This document shows, one piece after another, positions 12,601 to 25,396 of a DNA stretch of 64,000 nt (its first letter is position 1; each line of letters begins with the position of its first letter). Location: NCBI RefSeq assembly GCF_006345805.1, contig NC_043010.1, forward strand, positions 14,136,001-14,200,000, read 5' to 3'. The DNA comes from Octopus sinensis (lineage: Eukaryota). The notes under the pieces are model-generated. The model did not search any database. It was not told the origin of the DNA and was given only the letters and a program-made list of their open reading frames with translations. Made by a program: the position numbers and the translations under genes.

Positions 12601-13015
12601 GGATCTTTTCGGTTTGAACGGCAGTTTTTTCTAGCGGTGTCATATGAAATTGTCACCCATAATTATGACCCTAGTATCAATCTATTGCATTTGTATCTGT
12701 TTTAGGGTTAGGGGTGGTGGGAAGGGTATCTTTTTTTCTTCACCAATGTAAATAAACCCAATCTGTTTCTTAAACGAGGGACATATTCATACGGCACAGA
12801 ATGTTTTTTACCTCAATAGACATAATTGATTGGTTGAAATTGCAGAAATTGAAGGAAAAAAAAAACAACAAATATCTTACAAACTATAGAATTTTCTCAA
12901 TAAAGCCAAGAGAAAAGGATGTTTTATAAACACATTCTACCAGTATACGAAGTTTAAAAATTTTTTAGTTACCTAGAAATTATGTTAAAAACTGCCGTTC
13001 AAACCGGAAAGATCC
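12601..13015. mobile_element. MITE family M1, inverted relative to the neighbouring copy
   Basis: TIRs plus perfect 8-bp TSD TGTTTTTG. Confidence 0.9.
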
Positions 13016-13831
13016 TGTTTTTGTCACCTGAGGAGTGACAAAAGAAAGGAAAAAAGCAAAAAAGCAAAATGCAACAAAATAAAAACAACAACAAAAATAC
13101 TGAGACAACGTGAAATATTTTTGTAGACATTTTACAGAAGTTCTTGAACAAGTTCATTGTCCTTTTTTTTGGGTTTTGTTTTCAAACATCATTCTTGCTT
13201 TTGTTTATTTTTTTTTTTTATCACTTTCCTGAAGTTGCATAAGATTTATAATACATTTTTTTTCTTTTTATAGAACATGGTTCTTTTTTATTTTGTTTCA
13301 TATATATATTTTTTCTTGGAATTGGTTGGAAACTGGAGAAATAGTAACAATAATAGTAGTAGAAATAGTGGTAGTATTAGTACTAGAAATAATTGGTGGT
13401 AGTAATAGTAGTAATAATAGTCAACATGACAAGATTTTTTAAAACTCAGAATGTAGATATTAAACACCGTCAAACATTTAGAGTGACATTCTGTCTTGGA
13501 CATTAAACTGTCCTAATAATAAATGACGGTGATGATAATATCTTTTTAGGCAGAAGGCCACAAGTTTCGGGGTGGAAGGAATAGTTGATTAAACTGACCC
13601 AATACTTCACTGTGTATTTCATTGATCTCGGAAGGTCGAAGGGTTATATTGACCCCTGATGATGCTTCAATTCAGAATGTAGATAGAGGAAGGAACATTG
13701 ACTAATAAATACGACAAATCATTTTGTCCAATGCTCTACCAATTCTGACCCTTCACTGGCCTTCCTCTGGTTTCTATCGCAGGCACAAGACCTCGAGTTT
13801 GGCAGGATGAGCTCAGAGCATGAGTTGCAGC

Positions 13832-14071
13832 AAAATACCTATTTCTTTATTACCCACAAGGGGCTAAACATAGAGGGGACAAACAAAGACAGACATAGGT
13901 ATTAAGTCGATTACATCGACCCCAGTGCGTAACTGGTGCTTAATTTATCGACCCCAAAAGGATGAAAGGCAAAGTCGACCTCGGCAGAATTTGAACTCAC
14001 AACGTAACGGCAGACGAAATACCGCAAAGCATTACGCCCGGCGTGCTAACGCTTCTCCCAGCTCGCCGCCT
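13832..14071 (-). mobile_element. SINE family A
   Basis: Full reverse-complement copy. Confidence 0.85.
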
Positions 14072-14329
14072 TTCTCCCATACCACATGGCACTTTGTCTG
14101 CCGCAAACAGTTCTGCTTACCCACCGCCCTTTCTTGTATCAACCCACACAACTTGACTGGGTCTTTGTTTAATCGACCCAGGAAGGGTGAGAGGCAGAGT
14201 TGACACTGGTAGGATATGAACACAAGAAGAACCAGAACAAACAGTACAAGGCATTTTGTCCAATATCCTAAAGATTCTGCCAACTCACCACCCTTCCAAA
14301 TAATAATAATGATATTAATACTGGTTTCT

Positions 14330-17300
14330 AATTTATACACAAGGCCAGCAATACTGAGAGGAGGAGGGAAGTCAGCTACATTGACCCCCAGTGCTCAACT
14401 GGTACTTATTTTATCGACCCCAAAAGGATGAAAGCAAAGTTGACTTCAGTGGCATCCGGATACAGAACAAGAAATGCTTAACAGCATTTTGTCCAGCGTG
14501 GTAACAATTCTGCTACCTAGCTGCCTTACTAGTTTCTAATTTAGGTGCAAAGCCAGCAATAGGAAGGAGGTTAGTCAATACCATCAACCCCTGTACTCAA
14601 CTGGTATTTTACTCTAGTATTAGTACTAGAAATAATTGGTGGTAGTAATAGTAGTAATAATAGTCAACATGACAAGATTTTTAAAAACTCAGAATGTGGA
14701 TATTAAACACCGTCAAGCATTTTAGAGTGACATTCTGTCTTGGACATTAAACTGTCCTAATAATAAATGACGGTGATGATGATATCTTTTTAGGCAGAAT
14801 GGATGAAAGGTAAAGTTGACCTCGGTGAAATTTGAATTCAGAATGCAAAGAACCAGAACATATATTACAAAGCATATTTTTTCTGATGCTCTACCAATTC
14901 TGCCAATCCACATCCCTTACTGATGATAATGATAATCCTTTCCACTGAAGGCACAAGGCCTGAAATTTGGGGGGAGGGGACTAATCAATTACATCAATCC
15001 AAGTGTTTCACTGGTACTTAATTTATCGACCCCCGAAAGGATGAAAGGCAAAGTTGACCTTGGCAGAATTTAAACTCATAATAGTAATAATAATAATGAT
15101 GATGACGATGATGATGATAATGATTTCTAACATAGGCACAAGGCAAGAAATTCCAAGGGGAAGAGGTATAATTGATTTAGCTGACCCCTGTACTTGACCA
15201 GTACGCTATCACTACCAACCCTCCAAGAGAATGAAAGACTAAGTCAGCCCCTGGGAATTTGAGCTTAGAACATAAACAGACACAACAAAATACATCCACC
15301 AAGGTAGTTAATCTGTCGCTCCACTGATTCTACTGTTTCCACTACCTTCAATAATAACAATCCTTTCTACTATGGGGACAAGGCCTGGAATTTGGTGGAA
15401 GGGAACTAGTCATTACATCAACCCCAGTGTTTCACTGGTACATAATTTATTGAATTCTTTCTACTGTCGGTACAAGGCCTGAAATTTCTGGGGAGGTTGT
15501 AGTCAGTTACATTGACCCCCAGTCCAGTGTTCAACTGGTACTTATTTCATTGATCCTGAAAGGATGAAGAGACAAAGTTGACCCCCAGCAGAATGTAAAG
15601 ACGGATGAAATGCTGCCAAGCATTTAGTCCAGCATACAAATGATTCGGCCAGTTTGCTGCTTTAACCTTCAGTAATAATAATAATAATAATAATAATTTC
15701 TAACGTTGGAACAAAGCCTGAAATTTTAGGGGAAGGAAATATGTAACTAAATACAGTGAGGCATATTGTCCTTCACTTTACTGATTCTACTAATTCACAG
15801 AACCTATCATTCATATAATAATAATAATATTAATAACGGTCTCGCCTGACTAGGCAGAAAGGACCCGAACTGTCTGACTCCAGTACTTAACTGGAGCTTT
15901 ATTTTAGCTACCCTCGAAGTATGAAAAGTAAAGTGAACATCAGTGAGAGTTGATTTCGGACATATATGATCATAACTAAACACTGGAAGGTTTTTACTCT
16001 AACACTATTAATTCTGCTAATTTACAGCCCTAATAATAATCCTTTCAACAATAGGCACAAGTCCTGAAATTTTAGGACAGTGGGGGTTAGTTGAATGCAT
16101 CAACCCCAGTGCTTGACAAATACTTATTTCATGAACCCCCAAAAAGATAAAAGGTAATGTCAACCTCAGCAGAATTGGAAATACTTCCCAAATAATAATA
16201 ATAATAAGCATTTCTTATTTAGGTACAAAGCCAGTAATTGTTAGGGGTGGGAGTAGTCGAGTGCATTGACTTCCAGTACTTGGTTGGTGCTTTATCAACC
16301 CCCGAATGGATGAAGGGTAAAGTGGAGCTCATCAGGATTTGAACTCTGTCCAATGCTCTAACAATTCTGCTAATCTAACACCCTAATAATAGTAATAATA
16401 ATAATTGAATTTTTTTATTAAATTTTGGCACAAGGCCAGCAATTTTAGGAGAGGAAGTAAGTTGGTTACATCGACTCCCCAGTATTCAACTGGTACTTAT
16501 GTTATTGACTCTGAAAGGCTGAAAAGCAAAGCTAACCTTCAACAGAATTTGAATTCAGAATGTAAAAACTAGAAGAAATGCCACAAAGCATTTTGTCCAA
16601 CATCTAACGATTCTGCCAGCTCATCATCTTAATAAAGATAAGGATAATCCTTTCTACTATAGGAAATTTTAGCGGTGGGAGCTAGTAAATTACACTGATC
16701 CTACTATGTGACTGGTACTTTATTTTATAGATCCCAAAAGGATGAACGACAAAACTGATCTCAAAGGAATCTGAATGCAGAAGAAAAGTTGCTATGCATT
16801 TTGTCTGGCATGCCAACAATTCTCCCAGCTCACTGCCTTTTTAATAATAATAATAATAATCCTTTCTATTATGGGCAAGAGGCCTGAAATTTGAGGTGAT
16901 GGGGTTAGCCAATAACTCATTTTACTGACCTTGAAAGAATGTAAGGCAAAGTTGACGTCGGTGGAATTTGAACTCAGAACCTAAAAGACAGATGAAATAC
17001 CACTAAGCATTTTACCCAATGTGCTAACGATTCTGCCAACTCACCACCTTATTTACTTAATGATAATAATAATAATGGTTTCAAATTTTTGCCACAAGGG
17101 TAGCCATTTTTGGGGGGAGGGGATGAGTTGATGACATCGACCCCAGCGTTCAACTGGTACTTATTTAATCAACCCTGAAAGGATGAAAGGCAAAGTTGAC
17201 CTCGGTGGAATTTGAACTCAGAATGCAAAGACAGATGAAATACTGCCACGCATTTCGTCCGGTGCATTAAAGATTCTACCAGATCACTGTCTTAAATAAC

Positions 17301-17960
17301 AATAATGACAATTTCAAATTTTGGCACAAGGCCAGCAATATAAGTCAATTACGTCAGCCCTTGTACTCAACTGGTACTCATTTTATCAACCTGAAAAGGA
17401 CGAAAGGCAAAGTTGACTTTGGCAGAATCCAAACTCAGAATGTAAAGATGGACAAAATGCTGCTAAATATTTTACCTGGTGTGTTAATGATTCTGCCAGC
17501 TCACCACCTTATAATAGTTAATAATAATAATCCTTTCTACAATAGGCACAAGGCTTGAAATTTTGGGGGGAGGGGACTAGTTGATTACATCTACCCCAGT
17601 ATTCCACTGGTACTTGATTTATTGACCTCAGAATGTAGCGATGGATAAAACACCGCTAGGCATTTCATCCAGCATGCTAACGATTGCGCCAGTTCACTGC
17701 CTTAGTTAATAATAATAATAATAATACTTTCTACTATAGGCACAAAGCCTGAAATTTTGGGGGAGGGGGACTAATCAATTACACCGACTCCAGTATTACA
17801 CTGGTACTTAATTTATCGACCATGAAAAGATGAAAGGCAAAGTTGACCTCAGCAAAATTCGAACTCAGAATGTAGTGATGGACGAAATATCACCAAGTAT
17901 TTCATCCAGTGTGCTAATGATTCTGCCAGCTTGCTGCCTTAGTTAATAACAACAATAATA
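14330..17960 (-). repeat. Head-to-tail chain of ~17-19 diverged SINE copies separated by (AAT)n
   Basis: Recurrent GGCACAAGGCCTGAAATTTTGGGGG..CTGGTACTT..GAAAGGATGAAAGGCAAAG..CTGCCAGCTC blocks every ~200-230 bp, all in one orientation. Confidence 0.85.
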
Positions 17961-17999
17961 ATAATTTTTAACTTGGGGACAAATCCAATTGATCCTTAA

Positions 18000-18218
18000 C
18001 CCTTTAGTATTTAAACCGGCCATATCCGGCCAAAATAACTAATCTGTTTTATGTTCAAACTGACCAGATCCAGGCTCTCACACCTACCCTACAATGTTAT
18101 TCTACATTAAGTAATTACACCATCAAGATCTTGAAGATATGAGATAATGCATGATTAATCCAAATCAATGTGAATGAATAAGCATTATGTTTGATAGAAT
18201 AATCTGAACACTAAGGGG
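18000..18218. mobile_element. piggyBac-type MITE (other copies 30459-30670, 57931-58152, 61478-61699)
   Basis: TTAA|CCCTTTAG...CTAAGGGG|TTAA. Confidence 0.85.
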
Positions 18219-18551
18219 TTAATCTTTTGACTGGTACTTATTTTGTTGATCCCAAGGGGGAGAAAAGAATGCAAAGTATTTCCTGGTAATAGGGATTTGA
18301 ACGAAAATAAAATTTATCATTGTAATATATATTAATAAATGAATAAGAGAGAACATTAAAAAAAAAAAAAATTAATTAATAGAAAGCAATTCAAAGCAAA
18401 GTGAACTAAAAAAAAAAATATCCTGTGAGAAAGGGAAGTGGAAGCGTTCGTATTGTGAATCCAGCTGGCTGTAATATCACATGAAGTGCAGCTGTGTGTT
18501 GTGTGTGGATGGGGGGGTGGGCAGTGGAGGAAGAGAAATGGAGTGCTGCAC

Positions 18552-19099
18552 TCAGTTCCTGCCACGCCCTCTCCGTCCACCTCCACGGCCACCTCGTCCG
18601 CCTCCACCACCACGCTGCTGTTGGTAACCCCTTCCGCCTCCTCCTCCTCCTCCGTAACCTTGGTTATCGTACTGCCCTCCGCCTCCTTTATAGCCTCCAC
18701 CTCCACCTCCTCCTCCTCCACCACCACCACCACCGCCGTAACCCCCGTAGCCTTGATCATAACCTCCACCGCCACTGTTCTGTCCGTACATGCTGTAATT
18801 GTCTCGGCCACCACCGCTGGCACCACCACCACCACCACCACCACCACCGCCACGGTAATTGTCTCGTCCGCCTCCTCCGCCTCTGTGATAATTGTCACGT
18901 CCACCACCACCACCACCATAGTTATAAGATCCGCCACCACCGCCACCACCGCCACCACCGCCACCACCACCACCGCCACCAGAATGGTAGTTTGATTGGT
19001 TGTTATAGTGTGGTTGCTGATGGTGATGATGTTGCTGTTGTTGATGATGATGTGGGTTCTGCTGGTAAGAATTGTAACCACCACCTTGTTGGTAACCTC
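18552..19099 (-). CDS. FAM98A: FAM98-like protein, last coding exon (Gly/Tyr/Gln/His-rich RGG tail, contains stop)
   Basis: Acceptor TTTCTTCTTTACTTGTAG at 19100; phase 1 matches the upstream donor; open to TGA at 18552 (joins ORF 18552-18791); composition resembles FAM98A/B C-termini. Confidence 0.85.
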
Positions 19100-19984
19100 C
19101 TACAAGTAAAGAAGAAAAAAAATTAAATTAAAATATGGTTCTGTGATTTTGTTAAAGACAAAGGATCAATGCTCCACATAAAATAAAGGGACCAGTGCAA
19201 TTACCACGGGGCCACACATACACAATATTGCTCCTGTACAGGATTGTGCCTTTACTGTCTTTCCGTCTTAGCTCCATAATTTCTGCTTCTCCAATCTGTT
19301 ATACAGTCAACTCTGCCTCTTACCTTTCCAGGTGATATGGGTTCCAATACAGTACAGAGGACTGGCGTGACTGTAAGAACATCAGACCACATGCTTGACC
19401 ATGTTTGTTCTGGTTCTTTGCATTCTGAGTTCAAATCCCAGCATAGCCTACCAGGGTGCTGCACAGTTTAATACCTATTTCTTTGCTACCCACAAGGGAC
19501 TAAACACAGAGAGAGGACAAACGGATTAAGGCGATTAGATCGAGCCCAGGGACAAGCAGGGGTAGAGATGTCTTACAAGAGAGAAGATATGTTGCTATCC
19601 TGTATTTATATAAGGGTGGGTGGGAGTATCTTGGGAAAAGGTATGGTGGTAATGTTGGGTTGCCACAGCAAGAATTTCGTAGAAGGCATGTGAGGATGCT
19701 TACTCCATTGCTTCTAATGGTTTAGACAGGAAGGGACATTGCCCATTGCTTTTGAAGGAGCTCAAGTCTGGTGAGATTGCAGGTACTTATTTAGGACTAA
19801 TTAGGCAGGATGAAAGGAGCTCAAAAATGTGTTTTTTTTCAATAAAAGCATATAGGTGATTTTATGGCAAAAAAATACTATTGTTTCATGTCTTCATTGA
19901 ATGGGGGTTTACACACACACACAAATATATACCCTTTGCTCTTCCACAATATCTCAATAAATATCAAATGGAAATAGTAGTTGT

Positions 19985-20200
19985 GATATCTGTGCCGGTG
20001 GTACGTAAAAAGTACCAACCGATCGTGGTAAAAAGCACCCACTACACTCACGGAGTGGTTGGCGTTAGGAAGGGCATCCAGCTGTAGAAACACTGCCAGA
20101 TCAGACTGGAGCCTGGTGCAGCCTCCTGGCTTCCCAGACCCCGGTCGAACCGTCCAACCTGTGCTAGCGTGGGAAACAGATGTTAAACGATGATGATGAT
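19985..20200 (+). mobile_element. RTE 3'UTR tail copy
   Basis: GTGGTTGGCGTTAGGAAGGGCATCCAGC..(GAT)n. Confidence 0.8.
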
Positions 20201-20880
20201 CTCCAAATGTTATATTTCTAGCTTAAAGTGATGTAGCCTAGAACTTATCTAAGTTTCAAAGCCATACAGGAGAGTGGGTACAACAAGTACACCAAAAATT
20301 TAATTATCTTAGTCATGATCTTTATATACCCATATTCTCAGATGACCAAATATTGGGTCTCTTTATCAACATCTACTGAGTTCTATGATAGGTGACTAAC
20401 CAGATACGCTCTATATTTTCAACCAACTGTTCTTGTACTTGGATGGCTGGACCAGGTTCCTGCTTGCTCTTACAAGACTTTTGTTTTAACTACATTGATG
20501 GCAAGCAATAAGTCCTCACTCATATGTGTCAGCAAAACTATCACACGTCAGTACCAGTAAAACTAACTGGCATTATCTTCGTACTGAAGATTAGTTACTG
20601 ATGTAATAATGGTTTTTGTTCTAGCACTGAGTCTTCCACATAGCTTCACAATTTATGAAACCAAATGCCTAAGCAATGTTAAAGAAAGCCATATACTGTG
20701 GGTGGTATATTGTTGTTCACAACATTTTCTCTATAACAGGCAACCATAGAATATATCAATAGTGCACTTGGAAAGTAATTAAGAAAAAAAAAAAAACCTA
20801 AACAACACAGATTCAAATAAGTGAGCCTTTGAAAGTGTAATGAGTTGGTCGAGCAGCATTTCCGCCAAAATTTTTCTAAT

Positions 20881-21278
20881 ACTCTTTTACTTGTTTCAGT
20901 CATTTGACTGTGGCCATGCTGGAGCACCGCCTTTAATCGAGCAACTCGACCCCGGGACTTATTCTTTTGTAAGCCCAGGACTTATTCTATCGGTCTCTTT
21001 TGCCGAACCACTAAGTTACGGGGACATAAACACACCAGCATTGGTTGTCAAGCAATGCTAGGGGGACAAACACACACACACGCATATATATATATATATA
21101 TATACACATATATACGACGGGCTTCTTTCAGTTTCCGTCTACCAAATCCACTCACAAGGCTTTGGTCGGCCCGAGGCTATAGTAGAAGATACTTGCCCAA
21201 GGTGCCACACAGTGGGACTGAACCCGGAACCATGTGGTTGGTAAACAAGCTACTTACCACACAGCCACTCCTGCGCCT
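20881..21278 (-). mobile_element. SINE family B
   Basis: Full reverse-complement copy. Confidence 0.85.
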
Positions 21279-21460
21279 ATAATAGTTGACAAAAGTAAGA
21301 ATTCTTCATAGTTGCTAAAATTTGATTTATCTCCTTTCTCGTACAGAGTATGTTACATTGCCGCAGTTAGCTGTAACTCTTCCCATGCCTAAATTAGCAT
21401 AAACAGTGCATGAAGCTTTGCTGTTGATGCTTCGTTTCCCCATTTATATATCTCAGCTAA

Positions 21461-22237
21461 GGCGGCGTGGTGGCAGAAACGTTAGCACGCCGGGTGAAAT
21501 GCGTAGCCGTATTTCGTCTGCCGTTACGTTCGGAGTTCAAGTTCCGCTGAGGTCGACTTCGCCTTTCATCCTTTCGGGGTCGATAAACTAAGTACCAGTT
21601 ACGCACTGGGAGTCGATATAATCGACTTAATCCGTTTGTCTGTCCTTGTTTGTCCCCTCTGTGTTTAGCCCCTTGTGGGTAGTAAAGAAATAGGTATTTC
21701 GCCTGTCGCTACGTTCTGAGTTCAAATTCCACTGAGGTCGACTTTGCCTGTCATCCTTTCGGGGTCGATAAACTAAGTACCAGTTACGCACTGGGAGTCA
21801 ATATAATCAAATCAACTCAATCCGTTTGTCTGTCCTTGTTTGTCTCCTCTGTGTTTAGACCCTTGTGGGTAGTAAAGAAATAGGTATTTCGTCTGCCGCT
21901 ACATTCTGAGTTCAAATTCCACCGAGGTCGACTTTGCCTTTCATCCTTTCGGGGTCAATAAACTAAGTACCAGTTATGCACTGGGAGTCAATATAATCAA
22001 CTTAATCCGTTTGTCTGTCCTTGTTTAGCTCCTTGTGGGTAGTAAAGAAATAGGTATTTCGCCCGTTTTTACGTTCTGAGTTCAAATTCCACCGAGGTCG
22101 ACTTTGCCTTTCATCCTTTCGGGGTCAATAAACTAAGTACCAGTTACGCACTGGGAGTCGATATAATCGACTTAATCCGTTTGTCTGTCCTTGTTTGTCC
22201 CCTCTGTGTTTAGCCCCTTGTGGGTAGTAAAGAAATG
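21461..22237 (+). mobile_element. SINE family A tetramer with one 16-bp TSD
   Basis: TATATATCTCAGCTAA at 21445-21460 and 22238-22253; one head and four bodies. Confidence 0.92.
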
Positions 22238-25200
22238 TATATATCTCAGCTAAAATTCCATTGGGTCTTGACTGCTTTGTTTACTTTCTGCATAATTAGG
22301 TGATGCAACTAAGCAATATCATCCAGGGATATTTCATTTGTTGCACAGACATGGCCTAGCAAGCCTCTGAAATGTTCTCATTAGTTCTTGGCAGCTGCCT
22401 ATTCCATTACAAGTTTCATACCATCTCCAGACCTGAGGGTTTGTTGTACAAAGATTGCTCTGAGCTAAGCTGAAGAAATCTCTTACACGTTCTTTCTCTT
22501 GAACCCTAGGACCCAGATATCTAGTTTTTATGGCGTGTAAGTGAACGAGATCACAACATTCTCATGAACAGATTGCCAGTCTGGTGCAGGATTCAGAGCC
22601 AGCAATTTTAAGGGGAGGGGATAAGTCAATTACAGTGACCCCAGTATTTGACTGATGCTTTATTTTATTAACTCTGAAGGTATGAAAGGAAAAGTTGACT
22701 TTGGTAGGATTTGAACTCTGAGTTTAAATAACTGAAAGAAATGCCACTAAGCATAATGTCCAGCGTGCTAATGATTCTGCCAGCTCACTGCATTATGTGT
22801 GCAACCAGCTTTTAAGTATTTAGGCCCGACACCAATTGTTCTTTATTGCACATTTGTTTCTGGATTGCAGTGCCTGCCTCATCATTCTTGCCATTTCATT
22901 GGGTATGAAAAGCCTTCTTTCTGTTGCTCAGCTACTTTATTTAGGCGCTGTTCTTGTAAAACCAGTCTTGGTATTTTCTTACTGTTAAAAACCAAGAACT
23001 GACAACAGGCAGAGATGCAATATGTAGAGAATACAAGTGTACACATTCAGGTTGTGCTGATATGAATACAATTCTATACGGTTTCAATATATAAGTCTGT
23101 AAACTATACACAGTTTGCCAATAAGCTATTGATAAGAGTTATAGCAGTTGACCACCAGTATCAAGCCATCTCTTTAATCTAGTACACAGATGCTGAGCCT
23201 AGAAAGAGAACCTCTACATAGCCACTCAACTTGCAAGAAACAAGCATCCAAATTAGCATGCCTATGTGGTTAAGTTTTTCAACCACATGGTTTCAGGTTC
23301 AGTCCCACAGTATGGCACCTTGGGCAAGTGTCATTCAGTATAGTCCTAGACCAAACAAAACCTTGTGAGAGGATTTGATAGATGGAAACTGACGAAGCCT
23401 GATGTGTATGTGTGTGTATATATATATATACACATATATATATATACACACACACACACACATGTATGTGTGATATGTCTCTCCTTGTGATTGGTGTAAA
23501 TGTCATTAATTTCCAATATTCTGTGACGTGTCTGATCACATTACCTTATTTGGTAAACAGATATGGGTTAATGAGAGGAAGGGCATCTAGCCATAAAAAA
23601 TTTGCCTCAATAAACTGTCTGACCTATGAAAGCATAGAAAAGTGGACATCAAAATGATGATGATGTTGAGCAATGGGAGTGATGCCATGTGGTGTCTGCT
23701 CCAACTTTTTGCATTTTGATAGCAATGTATGCGTACTGGTCCTAAGGCCTCAATACGGGTAGAGATGGAAGACTCATGCATGGGAATCTTCCACATCATT
23801 TAATCTCCATGTTCCATGCTAGCAGGTGTTGGATGCTTTGATAGGATCCAATGGGCCCAAGGATGACATTGTGCACCAGTGTCAGCTTTGGCATATTTCT
23901 ACAGCTGGATGCCTTTCCTAATGCCCATCACTTCACAGCATGTACAAGGTGCTTTTTGTGTCATCAGTACTAGTGAGGCCATTATGTAGTTTGCAAGCTA
24001 CAAACTCTGGGGAGGGAGGAGATGTCATGTTAGGAGGGGCAAAAGATGGGTAAAAGTATAATGGCCCAGAGCAGAATAGGTTTAAAAAATCTTACCCAGG
24101 GCTGTGTATATAGAGCAAGATAAATAGCTGACCATGACTGATAAAGGCCTTTGGATTTGACTGATATTTTATTGGCAGGGTGACAGGCTAAAGTTGAACA
24201 TAATGCTTGGTCCCTTGTTCTACCAATATCACAAGAAGTAGAAGACCATTTATTTTGGAGATAGAGCATAATTAATTTGTGTCCAGTATTTAATTAGCAT
24301 TTTCAACATTATGACTTTGAAAGCTACTAATACCTAGATGGCTGGTGAGAAAGTTGGGAACGACAGAGTTGTTGCTTTCTGCAGGTATAGTAATGATTGC
24401 TAGAATTTACACCCTTCTGCAGCCTAGGAGAAAGCAATACTAAAAGAAAATTCGTTTAGGGTTCACAGTCATTTGCTTGAAGAAACCTAGGTGACACCAA
24501 TATCACTAAATTGAAACCGACCCCAACACTTGACTGATACCTTATTTTATTGACTGTTTTGTCCAACATCCTTTCTTCTATTGATAATTCATAGGGTAGG
24601 GTGGGATAGTTTTTTTTTTTTTTGTAGTTGCTTCCATGAAAAAATGATGGGGTTCCACAAGATAAGGAGTCTTAATAAAATTTAATAAAAAAATAAAAAC
24701 AAGGGATTCACTATTTCAAAGTAACATTTACAGCATTTTCTTTCCTTTTTTTTTTATAGATACGATCTTTCTCTCTAAAACAATTTGTTTCATTTAATAT
24801 CTTAAATTTAGGATGGAGGGGGACTGTCCTTAAAATACAGGAACGAACTTGAGATATCATATAAGGGTTACATAACGAAATAAGTTTTGGGAACAGCTGT
24901 AGTGGGGGTGGGTTAAATGTAATGGTATCGTCGACTGACTTCATCTTCAGTGCCATCAGCAAATAACTGGTACGTGGGTTTAACGAACTCCTGCTGTATT
25001 TAAAAATTATTTTTGCTGTTCTTCACTTGCCCCAGTGATTGATAAAGATATTGCTCTTGAAGTACTTAAATGGGCTGAGATTTATGAAACAGAAATTTTG
25101 GGATGTGTGTGTTTGAACGTGTGAGATACCTACAGATGTTCATTTATACAAGAATTGTTCATGCTTTTCAAATCAGCATCAAATTGGTTAACAAACTAAA

Positions 25201-25338
25201 AGGAAAAAAATATATTTCACTACACACAGACACATGTAACTCTATATACAGGGTGACTTGGATGTTCCTTGAACATTTTGGATTAAGCTATTAATGTGCT
25301 AAAGGGACTTTGGAATCGTGTGAACATATATGTATATA

Positions 25339-25386
<48 letters not shown>

Positions 25387-25396
25387 TAACACGAAC

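Noticed and set aside
18356-19126. Long alternative-frame ORFs (242 aa minus; 169 and 210 aa plus; poly-Val, poly-Thr, poly-His)
   Set aside because: Shadow frames of the GGN/CAN triplet repeats of the FAM98 last exon; only the Gly frame has a matching acceptor, phase and family-like composition.
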